Shown here piece by piece: positions 13,765-27,384 of a stretch of 64,000 nt of DNA (within the stretch, counting starts at the first letter, position 1; each line of letters begins with the position of its first letter). The notes under the pieces are model-generated. The model was not told the origin of the DNA, made no database searches, and saw nothing but the letters and a program-made list of their open reading frames with translations. Source of the DNA: Eledone cirrhosa (lineage: Eukaryota); assembly GCA_964016885.1 (NCBI GenBank), contig OZ024743.1:127844001-127908000 (forward strand). The letters are read 5' to 3'. The position numbers and the translations under genes were made by a program.

Positions 13765-13935
13765 TCGGTAGAGAATCGGACGCCATGCTTTTCAGCATAG
13801 TTACGTCCCTTTACGGTCTGAGTTCAAATCCCGCCGAGGTTCACTTTGCCTTTCATCCTTACGGGGTCGATAAAATAAAGTACCAGCAATGTACTGGGTA
13901 ATTGCTGGCCTTGTGCCAAAAGTAGAAACAATTAT
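13765..13935 (+). mobile_element. Nin-SINE
   Basis: B box, core and tail. Confidence 0.85.
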
Positions 13936-14013
13936 GCTTGTGTGTGTGTGTGTGTGTGTGTGTGTTTGTGTGTGTGTATGTATATCAAGTGCGTTGTATT
14001 CTTGAGCAATATT

Positions 14014-14237
14014 TTACGTTGCTCTAGTTTGCTCAGTCGTAGAAATGGGTTGCGACGTCACTGGTACCAAACTGTATCGGTCATTGCCTTTTCCTTGGAC
14101 AACATCAGTGGTGTGGAGAGAAGGGAGGGTGTGCATGGGCGTTTGTTGGTCTTCCACAAACACAGTTTGCTCAGAATTGTGCATCGTAGGGGAACTTTCT
14201 AGGTGCAAAACCTTGGTCATTTGTGATCGAAGGAGGC
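14014..14237 (-). CDS. Probable terminal coding exon of the minus-strand host gene (S/T/Q-rich tail)
   Basis: Acceptor cctcag at 14238, phase 1, open frame LLRSQMTKVLHLESSPT..TEQTRAT*; non-repetitive composition; link to the LDLa exons is inferred. Confidence 0.5.
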
Positions 14238-14491
14238 CTGAGGTATTATGTTACACACACACACAGACACGCGCGCGCACATATATGTATATGTATATAT
14301 ATATAAAGGTATATATATATATATATACAAAGCAATTAGCAGAGAAGGATGGACAGACAAATTTACTTTCTTCTCTGAAGGATCACGAATGTTAAAATTA
14401 ACTTTTCTTCCACTCTCTCTCTATATTTTTTTTATTATTATTATTTTCACTATTTGTACAAATATGCAACTTAACAATATTCTGCATATCC

Positions 14492-14529
14492 GCAATTGAC
14501 AATGCATTTAATGCTGAAACCGGTATTGT
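14492..14529 (+). ncRNA. Minimal hammerhead variant (U3-A8)
   Basis: GCAA-TTGACAA-tGCAT tta ATGCt-GAAA-CCGG-TA-TTGT. Confidence 0.55.
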
Positions 14530-14536
14530 AAATAAA

Positions 14537-14661
14537 TTAATTGTTTCTACTTTTTGTCACAAGGCCACCAATTACTCATTACATTACTGGTACTTTATTT
14601 TATCGACCCCATAAGGATGAAAGGCAAAGTTAACCTCGGCGGATTTGAACTCAGACCGTAA
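14537..14661 (-). mobile_element. Nin-SINE (truncated) inside a PLE terminus
   Basis: Reverse-complement core and tail. Confidence 0.8.
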
Positions 14662-14715
14662 AAATATCTCTTCAACATTTTCTACTGAAAAAAATATTTT
14701 TTCCTTCTACTATTT

Positions 14716-14794
<79 letters not shown>

Positions 14795-14897
14795 GAACAT
14801 TTATTATAATGCTCGGTGTGTTTGTAAACAAACATCCCGTATTAAGCCGTAGTGTCTAGCAACCATCGTTGCTCGTTTGTTCAACACTGACAAAGGA

Positions 14898-14940
14898 ATG
14901 CTGTACTAGTTTCAAGCTTATTAGCTATCGTCAGCAACGT
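14898..14940 (-). ncRNA. Minimal type I hammerhead ribozyme
   Basis: ACGTTG-CTGACGA-tAGCT aata AGCTt-GAAA-CTAG-TA-CAGCAT. Confidence 0.75.
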
Positions 14941-15302
14941 ATACCTTCCTGCCAGATTGTTGAACCTATATACTTACCTTAAGTATATTAACGGCTGAGT
15001 AGCCCAATTTGCATATCGTGTGGGTTAATCGGCCGGGTGCACCGAAAACGATAAACGGAAAAATGAAACGAAATTTCATTTCCCACTCTTAGTACGGCTG
15101 TTACTTAAATATAAGTATGTACACGTACATACATATATGTATACAGACGTACAGTAGTATGTATATACATACATGCACACATATATATATGTACGTATGG
15201 ATTCACCGAACATTTATTATAATGCTCGGTGTGTTTAAGTAACTGCCGTACTTAGAGTGGGAAATGAAATTTCGTTTCATTTTTATATAAATATATATAT
15301 AT

Positions 15303-15408
15303 AGCCGTCGGGGTCCTACTGGTTCCTATTACCCACTCTACTACCCTAAGTATTGAGTACTTTGGTGCGTTATGGTCCATCTGGTTCCTTAACACATTTC
15401 CTTCGTTA
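15303..15408 (+). mobile_element. PLE pLTR fragment (family of 6098 and 9450)
   Basis: gccgtcggggtcctac..gagtactttggtgcgttatggtcc, within (TA)n. Confidence 0.75.
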
Positions 15409-15443
15409 TATATATATATATAAATATACATATATATATAAAG

Positions 15444-15511
<68 letters not shown>

Positions 15512-15716
15512 ATATATATATATATATAAAGGTGTATATATTATACATATATATATATAAAGGTGTATATATATACATATATATATAAAGGTGTATATAT
15601 ATACATATATATATATATATATGTATATATGGAAAGTTATATTTAAATTGTTGGGTTACAACTAGTAAATATTTATAACTGATATAAAAGCACTCGACAA
15701 ATATTTGGAGTATATT

Positions 15717-16073
15717 TACAATATTAAATAAATGGAAACTATATTTATAAAACCATATCTATTTCATTATATATATTTCAGGGATATCATATTAACAATA
15801 TGCTATGCCTTCCTCAGACAAAATACAATATAAACAGTTTTATAGATAAATAGATTCGACATACCGTAACAACATCGACTTGTATTTGAAAAGCAACCTT
15901 TTCAAATACAAGTCGATGTTGTTACGGTATGTCGAATCTATTTATCTATAAAACTGTTTATATTGTATTTTGTCTGAGGAAGGCATAGCATATTGTTAAT
16001 ATGATATCCCTGAAATATATATAATGAAATAGATATGGTTTTATAAATATAGTTTCCATTTATTTAATATTGT
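15717..16073. mobile_element. Fold-back palindrome made of a PLE pLTR (family of 12454)
   Basis: ~175-bp arms around gaaaag caac cttttc. Confidence 0.85.
15966..16031 (+). ncRNA. Minimal hammerhead ribozyme (mirror copy at 15760-15825, minus)
   Basis: TATTTTGT-CTGAGGA-stem II-GAAA-T(ATAT)A-TA-ATGAAATA. Confidence 0.7.
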
Positions 16074-16198
16074 ATATATGTATATATATATTTTCGGTGC
16101 ACCCGGCCGATTAACCCACCCGATATGCAAATTGGGCTACTCAGCCGTTAATATGCATAAGGTAAGTATATACGTTCAACAATCTGGCAGGAAGGTAT

Positions 16199-16241
16199 AC
16201 GTTGCTGACGATAGCTAATAAGCTTGAAACTAGTACAGCGT
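16199..16241 (+). ncRNA. Minimal type I hammerhead ribozyme
   Basis: ACGTTG-CTGACGA-tAGCT aata AGCTt-GAAA-CTAG-TA-CAGCGT; 6-bp stem I, palindromic loop III. Confidence 0.8.
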
Positions 16242-16446
16242 TCCTTTGTCAGTGTTGAACAAACGAGCAACGATGGTTGCTGGACACTACGGCTTAATAC
16301 GGGATGTCTGTTTACAAACACACCGAGCATTATAATAACTGTTCGGTGAATCCATACGTACATATATATATGTGTGCGTGTATGTATAAATATATATATA
16401 CATACTACTGTATGTCTGTATACATATATGTATGTACGTGTACATA

Positions 16447-16633
<187 letters not shown>

Positions 16634-16764
16634 AGGTATATATATATATATAAAGGTATATATATATATATATAAAGGTATATATATATATATAAAGGTA
16701 TATATATATATATATATAAAGGTATATATATATATATATATATACCTCTCTTTCTCTCTCCCTC

Positions 16765-16839
<75 letters not shown>

Positions 16840-16843
<4 letters not shown>

Positions 16844-17600
16844 AAGGGGAAGTTAGAAATAGCACGGAAAATATATTTAAGGGTCTGCTTTTCTTTTTTT
16901 ATCCTTTCTTTGATTCGTTAAAGTGACATTATTGAACAAATGAGAGGGACAATTCTTTTTAAAAAAAAGTTTTTTCATGTATATAAATTATTACCTGTTT
17001 CGATGTATTATTAAAATTTATCTAATCAAATGTTGAGTATTAAAATAAAAAATTAAAAAGAATTAATAGGAGTTAAAAACTAAAAATTAAAGATTTAAAA
17101 TTAAAATCAAATGTTGGAGTAAGTTTTTTTCCATCTTTCTTGCTCAAAATTTGGCTGGAGAATGAGTTCTTGTTAATAGAGAGGTGGCAGTGGAGATAGC
17201 AGCAGCTATGTTTCTTCACAGAACAAAGTTGTTTTTTGTGGACAAAGGAAACATTCTGTAAATATGTGTGTATATCTGATTGTGTTAATTGACTGGTAAA
17301 AAGTTCAAAAGGGAATTGTAAGCTAGAGGTAAATTCTATGACAGCAGCAGGAGTGTAAGAGAAATTCTATTATTGGAATATGGTTTTAGGGAGTGTGTGT
17401 ATATATATATATATATATAGTGTGAGGGTGTATATATAACAATACACATATGTGTTTGTGTTTTATTTCAGTATGTCATTTTTTTTCAATAATGCCATCT
17501 TTTCAATAATGTCACTTTGACGAATCAAAGAAAGGATGAAAAAAAGAAAAACAGACCCTTAAATATATTTTCCGTGCTATTTTCAACTTCACCTTTTCTC
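16840..17600. mobile_element. Inverted-repeat PLE-like remnant
   Basis: 16845-16937 is inverted at 17502-17597. Confidence 0.6.
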
Positions 17601-17663
17601 TATATCCACAGTTTTGTATAGAACCTGACTTCCCCCTTCCTGTTCCCTATAACCATGACCAGT

Positions 17664-17704
17664 CCGAGCTGAAGATCCGCCTAAGGTGAAACAATTGTTC
17701 TCGG
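17664..17704 (+). ncRNA. Minimal hammerhead ribozyme
   Basis: CCGAG-CTGAAGA-tccGCC taa GGT-GAAA-C(AATT)G-TT-CTCGG; accat/atggt extends stem I. Confidence 0.7.
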
Positions 17705-17731
17705 TATGGTGAACTAAATATTGTGTTGCTA

Positions 17732-17795
<64 letters not shown>

Positions 17796-17931
17796 TAAAT
17801 CTACCAATCAATGTTAGGGTCTAAACCGTATGAAGAACTCAATGTAATCCGTATGTAGAAGATGTCGTGAAGCAAAGTTTACAATACAAAATTTTCAACG
17901 ATATAATTCATTGGATACAGAGTCAAAAATA

Positions 17932-18035
17932 GAAATATTAAAACAATGAAATTAAACACAAAACGGTTAATTCATAGTAAAACTCATGAGTTTTACTATG
18001 AATTAACCGTTTTGTGTTTAATTTCATTGTTTTAA

Positions 18036-18040
<5 letters not shown>
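17932..18040. repeat. Perfect palindrome
   Basis: Arms centred on actcatgagt. Confidence 0.9.
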
Positions 18041-18078
<38 letters not shown>

Positions 18079-18079
18079 G

Positions 18080-18350
18080 GTTCCGCTATAAACAGGGTAC
18101 GGCGCGGTCAATTGGTCATATTTGTCTCATAACGCAACCATCCAGTTCCACATTGTGGGCGTGGTTAGGGGTTGGGAAGGGCATCCAGCATTCGTAAAAA
18201 CAGCCTGAACGCGGTCCCGTTATGAGCAAGCTACGGCGTGGCCAAATGGCCAGATTTGTATCATAATGTGGATGACCCATCTAACCAATGCAAAATACAA
18301 GCTTAAAAATATAGATGTTAAACGGTGATGATGATGATGATGATGATGAT
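18080..18350 (+). mobile_element. SINE with RTE-like (GAT)n tail
   Basis: gggaagggcatccagc..gatgttaaacggtgatgatg. Confidence 0.6.
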
Positions 18351-18519
18351 TACACACACGTATATACTTATATGGTTCTTCCCGTATCCGACATTTTGAA
18401 ATGATTGTTCCCCTTAGATAGTTACAAAAACATATTTGAAGGTACATAACTCTTGTTTACTGCTGTTGTTTTTGTTGTTTCAATTATTTTTCTTCCTCAG
18501 CTCATGATTAATATAATTA

Positions 18520-18811
18520 TATAATTGTTTTTACTTTTGGCACAAGGCCAGCAATTACTCCAGTGTATTACTAGTGCTTTATGTTATCGACCTACCTTAT
18601 AAGGATGAAAGACAAAGTTAACCTTAGCGAGATTTGAACTCAGAACGTAAAAAGCATGACGTCCGACCCTCCACCGATACTGCCAAACCATATAATAATT
18701 GTTTCTACATTTGGCACAAGGCCAGCAATTATCCCAGTGATGACTGGTGCTTTATTTTATCGATCCCGAAAGAATGAAAGGCATAGTTAACCTCGGCGGG
18801 ATTTGAACTCA
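18520..18811 (-). mobile_element. Two tandem Nin-SINEs
   Basis: Reverse-complement core and tail, twice. Confidence 0.8.
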
Positions 18812-18959
18812 GTCTTTACCATAACTTGCAGCATATTCGTCGAGAAATAATTGTTTCTGTTCCATAACTTTCTTGATTTGCTTTCTTCTTTTGAGATATC
18901 TCTGATCCATAGTTCTCGTAGTTTTCAAGAAAGTTATGGAACTCTGGAACTCTGAGAAA

Positions 18960-21190
18960 AAGTATTAAAAGTGGACAATCTCACCGACACAACATACGCC
19001 AGAACACGTGGCAACACAAACACTCATCTCACCTTGAATCAAAGAAGAACTACGGTAAGAACTCTTCGCTTTTTCTACAAAAACACCCTATCGCACACAA
19101 CATGTACAAAAAGCACAAACATGATAGATATTCCTTTGACCAGACCATGAGAAGTGTTGACATTATTTTGAAACCACTATGTATTCACATACCCAGTTTC
19201 ATCCGGAATGATATCGACTTCCTGTCCCATCTTCCCAAAACCACGGAAACAAATTCACTTCTACTTAGTTTTGATGTGGTAAGCCTTTACACCAACATTA
19301 CACATGATTTAGGAATAAAGGCGGTTAAATACTGGGTGGAAAAACATAGAGAAGTGATTCCCACCAGATTCACAGTGCCATTTATATTAGACGCAGTCAG
19401 ACTTATTCTGGAAAACAACACTTTCTTCTTCAATGGAAAGAATTACATCCAAATTAGAGGCACAGCGATGGGAACGAAGTTTACTCTGTTTACGCGAACT
19501 CAGTAATGGGATACTTAGAACAATAACTCTACCAAGAAATAGAGGAAAAATATAGCACTGAATTTAGAAAGTACAATGAAAAGTCTTGGAAGAGATACCT
19601 TGACGACTGTTTCATCATCTGGACAGAATCTCTAGATACTCTGGATGAGTTCAATATTCTCCTGAATAACCTACACCCATCTCTCCAATTTACAAAAGAG
19701 ATGAGTAGTACCAAATTACCATTCCTAGATATAATGGTAATCAAAAACGACACCACCATTACCACGGATATATACTATAAACACACAGACACCCATCAAT
19801 ATTTGGATTTTAAGTCGTGCCATCCACCTCATACAAAACGCAACATCCCATACTGCCTAGCCAGAAGAATTTGTACCATTGTAGAAGATACGAATACCAG
19901 GAACAAACGCCTAACATAACTGAGAGAATTTTTGCTCAAACCAAAATACCCATCTCTACTTATAGAAAATAGCATACAGCGGGCTATAAAAATACCTATA
20001 CAACAACTTAGGACAACCCAAGGAAGAAGAAACCAAGAACTGGTCATTCCATTTATAATGACACACAACCCATGTCACCAGAATATCTTCAACACTGCCA
20101 AAGCAAACCTACCGATCATTGCTCAAAGAAATGAATTAAAAGGTTTAATCACAGACCGAGCTTTGATTCTTAGTAAAAGACAGCCGAAAATTTTGAAGCA
20201 ATTACTAACAAAGGCAAAGTTTAACCTTAACAACAAACTCTAAATGCAATGATAGTCGATGTGGCACATGTCAGTTCATACATACTGGTCAATATATGAA
20301 CACAAAAACTGGAAAAATATTCCCAAATGCAAATATGAACTGCAAAAGCAGAAATCTAATTTACTGCATTAAATGCCCGAATTGTGAAGAACTATATGTC
20401 GGTCAAACTGGAAATGCACTATCGGAATGTGCACGGGTGCACCGACAGCAAATCATAGACCCAAATGTCCGTCAGATACCCCTGAGTAACCATCTAGCAA
20501 CATGTGGTCAGAAAATATTTATAATATTTCCATTCTACAAACTACACAGCCCAAGTGAAATCAAGAGAAAAATTAAAGAAAAGAATTTTATTGATAAATT
20601 CCAACCCAAGCTAAATGAACAATAATAATGCTTAGGGGTATTACTTCTACTATGACTACGCCTACGATCAAGTCGACTACCACCAATAACAACAACAACA
20701 ACAACAACAAAATAATAATAATAAAAGTGATGTTGATGTTGATGATTACTGAACATTTTTTATAAAAAACCTAGAAAATGCTATTTTCATCATTTCTAAA
20801 AATAGCAAAACAATTGATGCTTCGGATAGGGTCAAATAGAAGTCGTTAGACATGCTCAACCAACCGTGACGCCTAAACCAATCAGCTTTAGTAATCTAGT
20901 GAAACCACACACCGATTGGTCGAAATACAGTTTGCAAAACTTAGCATTCTGTAGCCCCTTTTTACTGTATATAAGGCACAGATTTTAGCCATCTCATTAC
21001 AGTTGAAAACTGCAAACTTGACTGTCACCACTGAATATGAACCTGAAGATTGCGAAAACATGAAAGTACTTGTTCAATTAACATTTAACATTTAATATTC
21101 TACCATACTATTTTATTATAATATCATTATAATTTTAAAGGATTGTAAATAAAACGAGTAAATCAGACAAAGTTGGAATTCCTTTTATTA

Positions 21191-21195
<5 letters not shown>
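18960..21195 (+). mobile_element. Penelope-like retrotransposon (Neptune-type), 5'-truncated and frameshifted
   Basis: RT motifs SFDVVSLYTNI, QIRGTAMG, WKRYLDDCF, LPFLDI, YYKHTD; C-x2-C linker; GIY-YIG NLIYCIKCPNCEELYVGQTG. Confidence 0.92.
21038..21076 (+). ncRNA. Minimal hammerhead ribozyme in the PLE 3' pLTR
   Basis: TGAAC-CTGAAGA-short stem II-GAAA-GTAC-TT-GTTCA. Confidence 0.7.
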
Positions 21196-21221
<26 letters not shown>

Positions 21222-21226
<5 letters not shown>

Positions 21227-22268
21227 TCATCATCATCATCATCATCATCATTTTACGTCCGCTTTTTCCTGCTTGCAAGGGTGGGACTGGTCCTATTCAG
21301 CACAGCATCTCCCCCACTTGTCACGGTCTTTCGTCATCTCCACCGTGAGCTTCAGCGATCTGAGGTCTGCTCTCACCACCTCCACCCATGTTTTTCGTGG
21401 TCTTCCTCTACTACGTCTTCCTTCACCTGGCATTTCTTGGCACTTCTTTACCCAGTGGTCATCCTCCATGCACATTACATGCCCATACCATCACAGTCTT
21501 CTCTCTCGCACACTACAACTTATCCCTCTTAAACATAGTTTCTCTCTCAACACATCCATGCTCGGTCGTTCACGCACATTGACATTGTACATCCAACGGA
21601 GCATACTTGCCTCATTTCTCTCCAGCCGTCGTATATCTTCTGCAGTTGCTGCCCATGTCTCACTACCATGCAGAATCGCGCTCCTCACACAGGCATCATA
21701 TAACCGGCCTTTCTTACGCAGGGAGAAACCCTTCTTCGTCTGCAGAGGAAGCAGCTCCCTAAACTTTTTCAAACCGTCCTTATTCTAGATACTATGGCCT
21801 CGACCCCCCCCCCCCCCGCCCAATACATGCTAATCTCATCACTTAGGTACCGGAAGCTATCAACCACTTCTATAGAACCCACCTGCATTTGAAAAATGTG
21901 TCTATCAATGCGACTTCTACTGTCAAATGCCCTGTACATCTACTGCATACGTAGTTTTCCCTACCTGTTAGTTTGCTTGCTATCCCACTACATCTCTTAC
22001 ATAACCTAAGATCTGTATTGTGTACATTTTATAGAATTTATGCCAGTTACTTTTCGGCATATCCAACATACCCATTTCCCTGACAGAATCAGAGTTTTGT
22101 CTTCTCTTCTACTCATCAACACTTTTGTCTTAGCTAGGTTCACTCTCAGTCCTCTTAATTCCAACTGCTGTTTCCATAACCAGAATTTACTCTCTAGCTC
22201 CTCTACTGATTCTACTATAAGAACCAGATCGTCAGCATAGAGAAGTTCCCATGGACAGCCAATTTTAA
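21222..22268 (-). mobile_element. RTE-type (RTE-X-like) LINE 3' fragment
   Basis: ELLYADDLVL, SFRYLSD, RLYDACVRSAILHGSETW, RGRPRKTW; (GAT)n tail. Confidence 0.88.
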
Positions 22269-22309
22269 ACTATATATATATATATATGTAGGTATATATA
22301 TATATGTTG

Positions 22310-22585
22310 TTTTCTTGAGCAAGACACTTTATTTCACATTGGTCCAGTTTACTTAGCTGTATAAATGAGATGATAGGACTGGGGTCCCTATCATTCCACT
22401 GCAAAGTGGTCGTGGAGGTGCCACGGCAAAAAAAGCACCCATCACTCACTGTAAATGAGGTTGGTGTTAAGAAAGGCATCCAGCTGTAGAAATCAAGCCA
22501 GAATCAGTTCCCGTCCCAACCTTGCAAGCAGGGAAAAACGGACGTAAAATGACGATGATGATGATGATGATGATGATGATAATGA
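22310..22585 (+). mobile_element. SINE sharing its 3' tail with the RTE-type LINE
   Basis: aagaaaggcatccagctgtagaaa..ccttgcaagcagggaaaaacggacgtaaaatgacgatg. Confidence 0.7.
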
Positions 22586-22609
22586 TATATATATATATAT
22601 ATATATATA

Positions 22610-23327
22610 AGTATTGAAGTTTCCGTTGAAAATTGAAAAGGTCATAGGAGTGAAGAGTGCTCTATGTAAGTACCAGAGCAAAATTTAATATATAATAAAC
22701 AATACAATATAATTACCTCATTACCAGAGGTTTCCCGAATAAGACGAATACGAAAGAAACGTCCTCATTCGTTCGTCGGACGAGGCAATATAAAACATAG
22801 TGAAATATTTGGAAAGTCTCATCAAGAAATGCAAAAAGATTTATATATATATAAATAAAAGTAATGCAATAGATATATAAAATATATAAAAAAATATAAG
22901 GAAAAATAGTTAGGTGTGTGTATATGTATGTATATACACTCACAAATGTACATATTTCATATTCTGCTAGCCAGAGCTGTTGTGAATCTTTTTTCTGGAT
23001 GTCGGAAGGATGCGACATGTGAGTAATAACGCGTTTTGAATTTGTCTTGTGTCACACCCACCTACATTTGTGAGTGTATATACATACATATACACATACC
23101 TAACTATTTTTCCTTATATTTTTCCTTATATTTTTTTATATATTTTATATATCTATTGCATTACTTTTATTTATATATATATAATTTTTTTTTGCATTTC
23201 TTCATGAGACTTTCCAAATATTTCACTGTTTTATATTGCCTTGTCCGACGAACGAATGAGGACATTTCTTTCGTATTCGTCTTATTCGGGAAACCTCTGG
23301 TAATGAGGTCATTATATTGTATTGTTC

Positions 23328-23330
<3 letters not shown>
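22610..23330. mobile_element. Inverted-repeat PLE terminus pair
   Basis: 22695-22952 is inverted at 23064-23325; flanked by (TA)n. Confidence 0.75.
23238..23309 (+). ncRNA. Type I hammerhead, U4C core variant (mirror copy at 22715-22786, minus)
   Basis: GCCTTGT-CCGACGA-aCGAATGAGGAC..GTCTTATTCGg-GAAA-CC tct GG-TA-ATGAGGT. Confidence 0.65.
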
Positions 23331-24690
<1,360 letters not shown>

Positions 24691-25223
24691 CTGAAGGAGT
24701 GCTTTAACAGCATAAACTAAGGTTCACACAAACTTATAGGTATTTCAAAACAAAATAGGGTTCACCAATATCTCATATATGTACTATTATATTACCCACC
24801 CTCTCAACACAATGGGGTTCAACCAAAACAATGTCTATTTCAATATCTCCACACACACACACACACTACAAAACAATGTACTTCTATATTATGAAGTGAT
24901 ACAGTCTTCTCCCCCCCCCCTACAACACAATAAGGTTCCCCACTACCTACTCCCTCTACAGCACAATGGGGTTTTCTTTCAACACCAATTATTTGTTTAC
25001 AGTTCTTCTTCCTGTCTTTAATGTCACTTTTTCTATTTTCTCATCAACACTTTCTCTCAAATATTTCTCTTATTTCTTTTCTTTCCTCTTTCTCCTCTAA
25101 TTATTTATCTATATCATCTCTCCCTTTCCTCCTCCTCTTTCTCTCTCTATATATATATTTTTATACACACACACACACACACACAAACACACACATATAT
25201 ATGCATACACTTGCATACATACA

Positions 25224-25605
25224 TGGTGGCTGCCAACTCGTTTTCGAGTGCGGCCACAACTTTATATCCATGTAGGAAACCCCCACCGATGCGCTGAACG
25301 AGTGTGACTTTTTAGTACAGCCAGCGACTTGAAAACTCTGGTACAAACACTACACTTGTGACAATTATTGACACACAGTGCTGGGCCCATGGTACCATGT
25401 GACGACAAGTGCAGAGAGATCTCCAGATATAAAGCAATGCCTGTGCCGTGAAGCTTTTATAGTGAGCAAAGGCACTGCACAAAGTCAGTCCCACTCTCTT
25501 AACCAAGATGATATTTACCAAAAAGAAGAACAAGTCAACATCATTGGATACGATCGGGGTTGCAGGTGTTATATCAGAGTCGGGTCGTTGGCGACTAAAC
25601 TGGCA
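25224..25605 (-). mobile_element. Non-autonomous retroelement copy, 5'-truncated with an inverted 5' piece
   Basis: High identity to 26818-27175 and 50301-50657; flanked by (CATA)n. Confidence 0.7.
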
Positions 25606-26439
25606 TACATACATACACTCATACATACACACATACGCACACATACATACACACACATACACACATACATACATAGACACATACATACACACACACATAT
25701 ACATATACATATATAGTATATCTCGTTAGTTATCTACCTACCTATCTACTTATTTGCCATCTACCTATATATTTGTCTATCCATATATCTATCTACAAGT
25801 ATATACCTACCTATCACTCTATCTCCCAGAGTTTTATAACATGATGAAGCCGAGATCTAACTTACACTAATTCTAGCTGAACACTATCTTCAGAATGACA
25901 GCTCTTGAAAGAAAAAAAACCAGTTACATAGAAGGAATTTTTCTGTGAAATGATTTGATAAAAATACAAACAGAAGATCGAAGAATGCCAAGCAAGGAAT
26001 TGGTGGAATGAAGAACAGAATATTATTTTGCTACAAAGTATTTCACTCAAACATGAATGCCATACTGAGTTGATTTTCTTAAACGTCTCTCATTATAAGT
26101 TCTTAGAAGGATGATGGGTTGGCAGAATTATTACAGGGCAGGCAAAATACTTGATGGTATTTATTCAGGCTCTGTACATCCTCAGTTCAAATCCCATCAA
26201 GTTCTTATTTGCCTTTCAGCCTTTGGTTACAAGTACAACTCATTTTTGCCAGCTGAGTGGACCTGAGCAATGTGAAATAAAGTGTCTTGCTTAAGGACAC
26301 ATCGTACCATTTGGACTGGAACTATGACCTTACGATCATAAGCGGAATACCCTAATCACTAAATCATACGCCCTCACACACACATATATACATACATAAT
26401 GACTGCACCTTAATTTAGCGAATTGCCATCACTAGACCT

Positions 26440-26782
26440 TTTTCTCAAACATGGATGGCATGAAAATGTCTTTATAGCCCCACCAAGGACTTAGATTCTT
26501 TTCTGCAGTGAAAGAAAAAAAAGGAGCCATGCTCACACAACACGCATGAACGTCGTTTAGATCAAATGATGCCTGTACTTGAAGCTTTTTTAAGTGAAGA
26601 AAGGCCTTGTACTGGACCAGTCCTACTTACTGAACAACAGTAACAGGTATCCAAAAAAGAACAGGTCATTAACTACCATCTCTTAGAATGATGTCCGAAA
26701 AAAACCTCAAGTCGCTCACTCCCAGTGGGCTAACCGTGTGCTTGGGCACCAAACTGTGTACTTTCATGTCCCCGCGCATTAT
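26440..26782 (-). mobile_element. Possible Tc1/mariner remnant
   Basis: Terminus tgcgcggggacatgaaagt resembles a mariner TIR; no partner TIR found. Confidence 0.25.
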
Positions 26783-26817
26783 ACATACATACATACATAC
26801 ATACATATGCATAGATA

Positions 26818-27175
26818 TGGTGGCTGCCAACTCGTTTTCGAGTACGGCCACTACTTTATATCCATGTAGGAGAACCCCTACCGATGCGCTGAACGAGTGT
26901 GACTTTTTAGTCCAGCCAGCGACTTGAAAACTCTGGTACAAACACTACACTTGTGACAATTACTGACACATAGTGCTGGGCCCATGTAACCATGTGATGA
27001 CAAGTGCAGAGAGATCTCCAGATATAAAGCAATGCCTGTGCCGTGAAGCTTTTATAGTGAGCAAAGGCACTGCACAAAGCCAGTCCCACTCTCTTAACCA
27101 AGATGATATTTACCAAAAAGAAGAACAAGTCAACATCATTGGATACCATCAGGGTTGCAGGTGTTATATCAGAGT
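26818..27175 (-). mobile_element. Non-autonomous retroelement copy (family of 25224)
   Basis: Same boundaries as the 25224 copy. Confidence 0.7.
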
Positions 27176-27220
27176 TTGTATATACATATATATACAAACA
27201 TACATACATACATACATACA

Positions 27221-27310
<90 letters not shown>

Positions 27311-27384
27311 TATATAAATATATATATATATAATTTAGGTCAATAAACAATAATATTGACCTTGCTACTCAATGAAAAATTGTT

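Noticed and set aside
18368-18412. Possible 45-bp phase-1 exon (EQSFQNVGYGKNHI) on the minus strand
   Set aside because: Weak donor and acceptor; too short to support
24690-24730. ctgaagga..hairpin..aaac hammerhead-like motif
   Set aside because: Lacks GAAA and stem I
25866-25903. Possible 38-bp host exon (SCHSEDSVQLEL) with good splice signals on the minus strand
   Set aside because: Open only as phase 0-2; I found no partner exons joining it to the phase-1 exons, so it needs RNA-seq
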